Positions 9,066 through 18,721 of a DNA stretch of 64,000 nucleotides are shown piece after piece. How positions within the stretch are numbered: position 1 is the first letter of the stretch; each line of letters begins with the position of its first letter. This DNA comes from Cyanophora paradoxa CCMP329 (lineage: Eukaryota > Plantae > Glaucophyta). The notes below the pieces were generated by a model, which was not told the origin of the DNA, ran no database searches, and saw nothing but the letters and a program-made list of their open reading frames with translations. The translations under genes and the position numbers were made by a program. The DNA is taken from contig QPMI01000141.1 of the NCBI GenBank assembly GCA_004431415.1, forward strand, positions 1-64,000. The letters are read 5' to 3'.

Positions 9066-9356
9066 ATGGAGGCGGAAAACTGTTTGGCACGCAAGCGTGG
9101 TCGTCCTCCAAAGTCTATGTCTCCGGAAGTAATAGAAGAGATGAAGAAGAATCGATCAGCAGCGGTAAAAGCTCGTTATCATTCAGATGAGGAATTTCGT
9201 AAGCGCAAACTACAAGCGACGTATGAATATCAGGAAAGAAATATTGAACGTAAAAGGGAACAATGTCGTAATTATAGACGTCGGCAAAGACAATTGCTTC
9301 TAACTTTATTGGAAAAGTTTGGTGCTCAATCGGTTGAGGTAGTTTCAGCAGCCTAA
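9066..9356 (+). CDS. Small basic AT-hook/coiled-coil protein
   Basis: RKRGRPPK AT-hook followed by an Arg/Lys/Glu-rich helix. Confidence 0.7.
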   Translation: MEAENCLARKRGRPPKSMSPEVIEEMKKNRSAAVKARYHSDEEFRKRKLQATYEYQERNIERKREQCRNYRRRQRQLLLTLLEKFGAQSVEVVSAA

Positions 9357-9386
9357 TGTTTGGAGGTTCGCTGCAAACTTCTTTTT

Positions 9387-12300
9387 TCAAATACGAGTGC
9401 GACAATGTCCAAGCGCCATTGTTTCTACGCCATTATCGCAAAGCCAGCGTTTTGTATCTAGCGAATGTAGTGCCTGTTTTGAGGTTTCTTGCACATAAAC
9501 ACGATGTTTCTTTGAGCGCATACCTCGAATTCCATTCACTTCACATGATAAGTATAGTTTCTGTCCATCTACAACTTTACCAAGAACACAATCAATATAT
9601 CTTTCCCGTGTAAGCTGGTCGGCAAAGCTTTTAGAAATCCCCTTGCATCGACGCTCTTGCTTACCACTGTCGATCTGATACCAGTAACTCTTAGGTCGGT
9701 TCGCGATGAATTCTACCATTTGCTTACCATTGCACTCATCTTTGAAATTGCCAAGGGCTGTCGATTCTTTCTTCATGGTGGCAATTTCTTCGTCCGACAT
9801 TCCTGCAAAGAATCGATGTGACTCCGGATATTTGCTAACATCTAAAAGGTGACTTATATTTTTCAGATCAGCGTACAAATCATCTGTCTCAATTCTAAGG
9901 ATTAGCGAGTCAGTATCCGTTGCAAGCAATTTAACACGCGGACCCAGAGCGGTTTTAGTTGCTCGTAATACATTTTAAACATGTGTAGTTTTGACATTTC
10001 CAAAACACTGAATCCACTGTATATCGGTTTGTTTAATTTGACTTGTGAACGCCGTTTAGAGATAAATACAAGATCCTCATCATATTTGACAATTTGCTTC
10101 AATAAATTTGGTTGTGCGGCAATTTTTGACAGTCTGACACTATCAGTCACAAGCTCCGCATCGCAATGCTTTCTCACGTTTTCCATATTTTTGCCGTATA
10201 ATGCATTAGTCTTGAGTTTGAATAGATCTCGCACATGATCAAAGGTTGCGGCCTGACGCATTTCGGCATTTTTTTCCACATACGGTTTCATCCAAGCAGT
10301 CTGCTTGTACGTAATAACACGATGAATTTTACTCACCACAAAACCTTGACTTCTGTAAAATTTGAGTAGTCTCCCATCAACAACATATTTCTTCAATGGA
10401 AGCAGACTTGGAATAAGCTTTCGCGTCTTCATCTGAATGCAATCCTTTTTAATCATATCCTGTTGTGATCTAGATAGCATCGTTGGATCTACAATCATTG
10501 ATACTGGCGCAATCGGGTAATCATTAAATTTCTCGTGAAGCTCATCTGGAATGTAAGCATCAATTTCAAGCGTTGCTCCTATATCACCGTCATAATCGAA
10601 ACCATCATGGTCAAAGGTTTCTGGATCAACCCATTTAAAATCTCCAATCGGATGTTTCTCTAACATCGCATATCCATACAACGAATTTGCATCTATATAG
10701 TACAGATATACTGATGGTTTGGATGGATCATAATCAACCATGTCCTTATTGTTCGCTTTGCATATCGATTTGACACCATTGAAATACCACCACGAATACC
10801 TGTCTCGAAGAATCTGAACATATCCTCTTGACCCTCATGCAACAGCTGTAATTGCCCACCTGTATATTTAGAGCAGCATCCCAACTAAAGCCTGGTAGTG
10901 ACATGTAATATGCAGGATCTATGCCATCTGTAGCGCGAGATGTTTCCCGATACGCTTGAAACACATCTGATAGTAACGTTATATCAAGTTTCATATAAGC
11001 AATCGTGTAATCTAACATTGTCTTACATTTCAGCTTTTTCCAAACCTTCTGTGCGTGCTCATAATCTTCAAGCTTGCACTTTTCGTTTTTCAAGTCATTG
11101 TGAAACGCCTCTATCGGAGGTAGCTTACGGTCTGCAAGCCGCTGCCAGGAATTTACGTAGCTGTAGGGATAGATGCCCTTTCTTGTCATCAAATTAAACG
11201 TTTCCGCATCGGGACATAACTCGCGAGTTTGCTTTTTCAGTTCATCTGGAAGCGATGCCGCTAGCTTTTCGAGCGTTGCTGATAGATGTTGCATGCTGTC
11301 GCGGAATACGTAAATGCCGTACTCAATTTGACTCATTTTCTCGGAGTTTTGGAACATCACTTCGAAACGATTTGAAAGCGGTGTCTCAGATCTCTCGAAT
11401 TTGATTTTTTCTTTAACAAGCTGGTTCTTGATAAATCCTGGAACTCGTTTCTCATACTCCTCAGCATTTATGCTCAGTTTGTTCATCGTCCATTCCCTCA
11501 CGCTTTGATTTTGATATGTCTTCTCAAGTCGTGTTCGGACTGATCCAAGTTTTTCAATCAACTTTTTCTTAAATTCAATATGTGCGGCATGTCTACGAAC
11601 ACTTCCCTTTGCAATTGCGCGGATCAGCAAATGCGAATCAAATCCTCGAGCATTGTGAGCAATCAAGAAAACACGTTTTGATTTGAATCTTCTACGGTTG
11701 CAGCCAGGACAAGCAGCACCTTTGAAATCACCATTATCGTGATCGTGGTCCCAAACCTTTTTGATCTTCTCGCTGAATTCAACGTTACAGATATAGCAAC
11801 TAGTAGCTGAATCAAACGTTTGCTTTGCAACATCTGTTTTTATCGCTGGTACCGATGCATTTAGCCCTTTCTTTAAAGTTGGTTCCATTGAATCTAGCCA
11901 TTCAACAAACCTCTCCTCACATCTACGTCCGCTATTTACGTGCCAATATTTTGTATCATCATTGCCTGTGATCAAACATCCAACAGCAGCTGGTATTTGA
12001 CATGCAATTTCCTCTGTCTTTCCATTTTTCACAGAGTTCGTAGACATTGCAAGTGTTTCAAAATCATAGGCTCCAACATATCGTGCCGTTATCGTATTCG
12101 CATGGTTCAGGAATTTCAATGTTGAACGGTCGGGTTTTGGAAGCACATCACGGCCATGTTCGTCTCGTTCGAGGCATCTGTCTTCTTCGATGTGTTTCTG
12201 AAGAGCATCATCACCGCGAAATCCTTTTTGACAAGCGAGACAATAGCTGCGTGCGTTCTTGTCAATTCCAGACGAGAAAACATTCGACTCACGTTCTTGA

Positions 12301-13426
12301 TCCAAACGAAGTGGCCATAACTACCTTCGCCAGTCACGAATAGCAGAGGAATAGCATCTCGAGCCGCTGAAATATAATATGGAGTGATATCTAGCTTTTC
12401 ATTATCAGCCACATACACGCATAGCTTCAGATTGTTTGCCTCTTCAAACCGACGGAATATCTTTGAATCAAGCGGGACAGGATAACTGAGCATTGATGTG
12501 TTGATCGTACTTAGGTGCTCTCTGTACTTGGCAGCACGTTGAGCATGCCGATCGACTGGGAACTTTGCGGATAAAACTGAATACGTAAAACACATATTAT
12601 CTGGTGCCTCCACGTTTATGACTGCGTTCTTCTTGCTAATCCATGACGGAAGTTCAAATGATGCGCCACCAACGGCGCGGACATGTTCTAGACTTTGTAT
12701 GTAAAAATACGTCCACGTTTCTAACTCCCAGCTGTCATTCTCCTGTTCAGCTCTTCCATCGATCTCAACACATCTGTCACGCAGCTCAACTTCAATGTTT
12801 GCACCGGGGAGGATACGGTAGAATTGATCTTCACTGATTTCATCTGTTTTGAAGCGGTTAGTAAAACCTTCTGTGCCATTCTGCCTATGCTTAAAAATAC
12901 CTTTTGCATATACCTTTATAGATAGCCCCATTCGTGTTTCATTCGCCGCAGTCAATCGCTCAGTTATGAAACGCTCAAATTTTGCTTTGAAATCTGGGGT
13001 GTTCGCCATGTACGACGCGAGCGATGTAACTCTTAGTCCGTTCGGCCTGATGATCGCAGCGCTTTCGAGTGCGTATATTCCATCTAGTGCCGTCTCGCGT
13101 GAACCATCTCCAGCAAGTTCCTCATTTGGCTGTCCAGGGAGTTCATTGAAAAGTGCTACCAGTTCAGCTTGGTTCTCAGCGATGATTATCTGCACAGTTC
13201 GCTCTGAGGCACGTCTCGTTTGTCCGACTACAGCAGCGAGCATTGAAAGCACATCAACAGTTCGTTGCAGCGTCACAAGTCGAGTTCGAGATCCTGGTGA
13301 TGAGATTCGGAGTAATTTGTTTCGATATAGTCCATGAATACGTCTACGCTCATACAAAGTTTGTGCTAGACCTACGATCTGTTGTTTTAATAACGCTATC
13401 TGACGACGACGAGCAAATTGATTCAT
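9387..13426 (-). CDS. polB: Protein-primed family B DNA polymerase (~1,350 aa) with vOTU-like and endonuclease VII-like domains; four apparent frameshifts
   Basis: Joined frames give INVEAPDNMCF...GHFVWIK (vOTU-like), AYDFET (ExoI), CYIC...DHDH...CPGCN, HNARGFD (ExoII), KGIYPY, YMKLD (ExoIII), YIDANSLYG, KLKTNALYGK, TDTDS, PKSY. Confidence 0.95.
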
Positions 13427-13887
13427 TTTGAAAGTGTCGCTAGAAATAAATTTCGGTTGATCAGCGCGATCTCTTATATCATTTTATATTGTTGCTGAAA
13501 CCTCTAAGACATAGTTATAACCTGAACCTAAACTTGGACTACGTCATCGGTGGGAATAATTAGCGTCTAGCTAGAACCTGAACTCGAGTATGTAATTAGA
13601 TTCCGATGATATAGTAATTACGTGTAGCATAACCCTTGAAACCTCTTTGTTTTTTAGATTCGAAATACACACAATTAACGTCTAAATGATGTTGAAGATG
13701 ATTCTGAGACCGGCGCTTTGGGGGTCCGCCTCAAATCATTGCTATATCTTTTGCAAGATCGATCGGTCTAGACGTTGGATATTACCTAGCGGTTGCTGTT
13801 TGGAAGGAGAGGTAGACCAGAGGGAGAGGAAGGTGGTAGACGTAAGGAGAGAGTGGACGGAAGTGGTGGTTGGGAAGGCGTTGGAGT

Positions 13888-13904
13888 GGGTGGGTTGGGG
13901 TGGG
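13888..13904 (+). other. Canonical G-quadruplex motif in a purine-skewed subterminal tract
   Basis: GGGTGGGTTGGGGTGGG inside the G/A-rich stretch 13800-13940. Confidence 0.55.
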
Positions 13905-14006
13905 TTTGGAGGAGTGAGGGTGAGAAAGAGGGGGGTGGGCTGGCACCCCCACTATCTCATTTTTTTGCGGTTCAAGCCCGCGTAGTACTATGGTTTAGTG
14001 TACCCA

Positions 14007-14295
14007 TGGGACGCTTTCGCTGGCGGAAAATGCCATGGGACCCTTTCGCTGGCAGGAAATGCCAATCGTTTACTACAGCGTGGGACCCTTTAATTCGCTG
14101 GCAGAAAATGCCAATATATTACTATAACGAGTCGAGTCAAAAAGCTTCAGTCTGAAACTCGGGCGATTTGTTGATTGGTCAATTTATATCATACAGGACG
14201 CATGGGTACGTCAAAATTGCTTACTACGGCGAGTCTAGTCAAAAAGCCCCAGTCGGAAACTCGAGCGATTTGGTGATTGGTCAATTTAAATCCAT
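14007..14295. repeat. Subterminal repeats of the viral element (probable TIR/origin region)
   Basis: Three ~29-35-bp units TGGGAC...TCGCTGGC(N7)GCCA at 14007, 14036, 14081; two ~74-bp units at 14119 and 14221, each with GATTGG. Confidence 0.8.
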
Positions 14296-14340
14296 GGACT
14301 TATAGCTGTACATGTATACGTACGGTCTGTACCCAGCTAG

Positions 14341-14382
14341 CAAGCGGGGGGGGTGCGGGGGGGGCGGAGCCCCCCCTGCTTG
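14341..14382. other. GC-rich terminal hairpin
   Basis: GGGGGGG-CGGAG-CCCCCC stem-loop, with an alternative CAAGC(G)n...(C)nTGCTTG pairing, ~40 bp from the proposed element end. Confidence 0.65.
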
Positions 14383-14510
14383 TTCAAACAGGCGAAGGCG
14401 TCAAATATACATAGAACTCTACTAGGCTAGGCTTTGCACTACCTAACTCGACATGTATACACATGAAATACAAATGCAACAACGCGAACGAGGGGCCGCA
14501 GGCGCCCCGT

Positions 14511-16217
14511 CTAGAGGATGTGCTGCTGGTGGCCCTCGGCGAGCCCGACGGCCCCCGCGTCGTACCCCCCGGCCCCGTCCTCCGCCGCCCCCAGCAAGTC
14601 GTGCGACCCGTCGTCCGCCAGCTCCTGCACCGAAAATAAATTCAAAGGGAGGGGGGGGGGAAGAGGGCGAGGGGGTAGGCATGCGCGGGCCTTCATGCAG
14701 TTGCCGAGGTCCTCCTCGTCCTCCTGGTCCTCGGGGGGCACGTACGGCTTGGGCGGCGGCGGCGGGGGGGCCACGTAGGGCTTCCCGTACAACTGCACCT
14801 CCGCCTGCGAACGAAGCGGGGCGGTCGGCCCCGCCCTCTCGGGGCGCCGGGGTGGGGTGGGGGGGTACAGCGGCACCAGCTGGAGGGGCTCTCCGCTGCG
14901 GGAGATCTTGATCTCATCCCCCACCGTCCCGGTCGCTGCGTACACCGTGTACTCCTGCGGGGGGTACCGCTCAGGCCCCTGGGGGCGGGCGGGGTGGCGG
15001 GGCTCGCCTGGCCGGCGTGGATCCCCGCGGGAACCTTGGCGGTCGGCGCCTTGCCGTGGTACTTCTGGTGCTTCACCTGGGGAGGGATCGGCCCCGGCGC
15101 CGGCGCCGGGGTGGCGGGCCGGGGCCGGGGCCGGGGCGCACGACTTTGCCGTCCTTCAGAATGTCGATGGTGATGTTGCTGTGCCGGTCGGTGCAGCAGT
15201 CTGTTCGGTTGAAGATCTGGCCCCCGCCGCGTCGGCGGGGCGGGGAGGCGGGGCGGGGGCGGGGGCGGGGCGGGGCGGGGGTACCTTGATCTCGTCGATG
15301 GCGTACTTGCCAAGCAGCTTCACCTTCCACCTGCCGGCGGCGGCGTCGGCGCCACGGGCCGGCCGGCCGGCCGGAGGTCTAGGGCGCCCCGTCCCCGCGG
15401 CCTCCGCAGGGGCGGCGCGCACCATGGGTTGTGGTCCCGCGTCCCCGAGTGGAACATTTTGTCGCGGCCGACATTCTGCACGTGGCCCGCGTCACGAGAG
15501 GGGACGGCGGGGCGCAACGAGGGGCCCGGCCGCGGCGCGCACCCCGCCCGTGTTGCCGTCTGCGGCGCGAGGGCGCCCGGCCGGGGCGCGCGCGTCAGCG
15601 CCGGCGGGGGGCGGGGCGGGGAGAGGGAGGGCGGGCGCACCGACGGCGAAGTGCGACTTCAAGGGAGGCAGGGGGCATCCGTGGCACCGGTAGTACGAGC
15701 TCGCCTCCGTCGGCTTGTTCTGCGCGATGTTCGCTGCCGCCCGCCCCCCGCCCGTCAGCCGCGCCGGCGCGGCGGGTCGGGCCGCGGCCCCGGCGGCCTC
15801 CAAAGGCAGGCCACGCACGCGGAGGCCTCGCTCTGCGCACGGGCACGGGCGGTCAGCCGGGGCTCGGGCCGGCGCGCCCCGAGCTACGGAGCGACGCCGC
15901 GGCGCTAGCGCTCTGTGCTATACGGTAACAACGCTTATCCGAGGACGCTCTAATGCCTGCAACGAGGCGGCGGTGACGGCGGGGCGGCGGCCAAGCTAAG
16001 GACAGTCCGACCGCGGTGCTAAACGCGTGGTCAAAATTGGAAATTGCCGGTCAAATGGGACATTAGGAACCCAAAGCAAGCGCCCGCTGCCGGCTCGGTA
16101 GGGCGCTGCGCCAAGGCGAGCCCGGCTCCCGGCGGCTCGAGGCGCGCGACTCGTGGAATGCTAGCACTACACTACTGAAGCGCAGAGAGATGAAACGACG
16201 CACGGTAGGTTGCCCAT
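14511..16217 (-). CDS. Secreted F-type lectin (fucolectin/FTP domain) protein, multi-exon
   Basis: Spliced NIAQNKPTEASS...FAVDGN...FHSGTRDHNPWWKVKL...IFNRTDCCTDR fits H-x26/27-RxD-x4-R; hydrophobic N-terminus (start tentative). Confidence 0.75.
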
Positions 16218-16585
16218 CTTGGTTCGAAGCCGACCTCCTCCCTGTACCCCCGCCGCTAGCTGCCTGCTAGCTGCTGCTGCCAGGCTGCTGCCTGGCTGCT
16301 GCCAGCTGCCTGAGGTCTAGATTTGCCGCGCGTACGTCGGCCTGCCGGCGTTCCGGCCTGCTGCCGCGCGGCCGGCGCTCCGAAGCTTCAGGAACTCGAG
16401 ATCTTGCACATTGCAAGTGCCAAACGTAAACGCATTACTTCGAAAACGTGCAGATGTAGTTACTCGTCGACATAAATAGATACGAGATCAGAGGCCAGCA
16501 CGGCATGCGCACGCGCACGCGGAGCCTCGGAGCGCAGGCGTCGACGCCGGCCGGCCGGGAGGCCGCGCTCTGCGGGGCGGGCGGC

Positions 16586-18568
16586 TCAGGCGGCTGTGAA
16601 GTCGTTGGAGACGCCGGTGATGCCGGCGACGTCGAGCAGGAACTTCTCCGCCGCGTTCGCCGCCAGCGCGCTCGGCCCGCCGGCCCCCTCGCCCCCCGCC
16701 TCCGCCGCCGCCCGCTCCAGATCCACCGCCCACACCTCCACGCTCGCCACCTTGAACGTCGCCCCGTGCGCCAGGCCCGCCGCCGGCACCCCGAACCTGC
16801 ACCCAGCGTCAGGGAAGGGGCAGGGGAGGGGATGGGGGTACGGGGGTCGCACGTCGTGTTGGGACCGCGGCTCTCCCCCCCCTCGAGGTCCCCGTCGAGG
16901 AAGAGGCCCCAGAAGCCGAACTGGCCCCCCATCCCGAACCCGTTCCTGTACCCCCGGGGGCCTCAGAGAATGGAAGGCGGGGCGGCTGCGCCCCGGCGGC
17001 CGGGCGCACGGGAGGGTCATCTGCTGGCTGTTCGCGTAGACAAAGTTCGCGTTGACGCCCGTGGAGGGGTACAGCGCCAGCCGCGGCGCCGCCTGGAACA
17101 GGAACGCCTCCCCGCTCCCGTACCTGCGCACGGGCTCGGAACGTGCAGGGGTACACTCCTCGAGGCGGGGGCCTGGGCACTCACCACTTGTTGTCCTTGC
17201 GGAGCGACTCGGGCACAAAGCCGCCGAAGACGTGCCTGCGGGGGTACGTGAGCAGAGAAGGAAGGGGGGCGAGGTTCTGCGGCGCGCGAGGCGTACCCGC
17301 CGTCGTCCTTGACGGCCACGATGCAGGGGCCCCGCCCGAAGGCCCGCGCCTGCCCCGGGCCGCTCAGGCGGCGCGGGGAGGGCCGAGAGCATAAGGCGCG
17401 GGCACGGCGAAGCGGCTGAAGGCCTGGCCGTCGCGGGAGGAGCTGTAGACGAGGTCCCAGCGCTCCGTGAGGGGCCGCGGGAGGGCCCCGCAGAGCGCCC
17501 AGACCGCCTCCCGCGGCAGCAGCGCCGGCCGCCCGCCGGCCGAGCACATCAGCGGGAGGGGCTGCGGGGCAGCGGGGGCGAGGGGCAGCCAGCCGGCGGC
17601 GGCGGCGAGCTGGGCGAGGAGGTGGCGGAAGGCGGGGAGGGCCCGGGCGGCGGCCGCCCACTCCCAGCGCTCGACGAGGGCCACGAGGCCCCCCGGGGCC
17701 CCCTCCGCGAGGACGCCCCGGAGCACCGCGGGGCGCGCCGCCGCCTCCCCGGCGCGCATGTCCAGCCGCTCGCGCTCCTTGTCCTCCGCGCTCTCGCTCT
17801 TGTCCGTCACGAGGATCGTCCCCTTCTGCACGCTCAGCGGCGCATCCGCCTCGTCCGCCGCCGCCCCCGCGCCGCCCTCCGGGGACCGCCGGAGCGCGGC
17901 CCGGGGCTCTTGTCCATCAGCCGCGCCTCCTCGTCCTCCCGCCCCGCCGCCCGACGCCCCGCGCCGCCTCCTCCGCCGCCTTCGCCGCCGCCCGCTCCGC
18001 CTTTGCGCGCGCCGCTTCCTCGGCGGCGGCCCGCGCGCGCGCCGCCTCCTCTGCCACGGCCTTCTCGATCGCCGCCGCACGCTCGCCGAGCCGCCGCTGC
18101 GCCCGCTCGAAGACCGCCGCCAGCGCCGCCTCCGCGAACGCCCTCCGCGCCGGCTCGGCCGGGGCCGCGGCCTCCAGCACCGCAATGCGCTCGTCCAGGC
18201 CGCCGCGCGCTCCCGCGATGACGCCGCGCACGAAGCCCGCCGCGGAGAGCCTCGGCTCGCGGGCGTGCGCGTGCTTCGACGACTTGTGCTTCTCGGAGGC
18301 GGCATGCCGCTGCTCCTGCGCCACGAAAGCGGCGAAGAGCGGCCCCGCGACGGCCGGCGGGAGCGCGAATGCCCGCTGCGCGCGGCGTCAGCGACGTACG
18401 CGCGGAGCATGTGCGCCACAGCTCGCTGACCTCGAACTCAGCGCGCTCGATATCCTTCTCTCCCGGCCAGCACTTTAGGAGGGCGGCAGCGTCCGGACCG
18501 GCAGCGGCGAGCTCCCGCTGCAGCGCCTCCGCGTCCTTCTGCTTCGAGCCGCCGTGCTGGTTCCCCAT
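16586..18568 (-). CDS. TLDc-domain protein (MEAK7/TLDC1-like), multi-exon
   Basis: MGN start; WDLVYSSSRDG, VAVKDDGG..FGGF, YGSGEAFLF, GFGMGG..GFWGLFLD, VASVEVW. Confidence 0.85.
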
Positions 18569-18721
18569 CGCCGCGGCTCTCTGCTACTGTGACGTTGGGC
18601 GATGATAGGCGGCGCTCGTTGATGAGGTTTGGCGAGCAGGCTTGAAGTTGAAGTGGTTCAAGAGGGTACAGGGTTCACAGCTTGTTCGTGGAGAATGCCC
18701 ACCGTGGGGGGCCTCATCAAG

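Larger units (their letters stand above)
5350..14423. mobile_element. Endogenous Polinton/Maverick-like virus (right-hand part; the rest lies upstream of the window)
   Basis: Intronless, AT-richer block with capsid, packaging ATPase, rve integrase and pPolB genes; abrupt return to GC-rich host DNA near 14.45 kb; candidate end ...GAACTCTACT (AGTAGAG on the other strand). Confidence 0.92.

Noticed and set aside
9387-13426. Five separate genes or programmed frameshifting in polB
   Set aside because: Motifs are collinear across frames; single-base losses mostly in short homopolymers point to sequencing error or decay
14021-14115. Nuclear factor I sites as in the adenovirus origin
   Set aside because: Half-sites are spaced N7, not the N5 NFI requires; kept only as generic palindromes
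13686-14155. ORFs 13686-13985 and 13793-14155
   Set aside because: They run through purine-skewed and repeated terminal DNA with no protein-like signal
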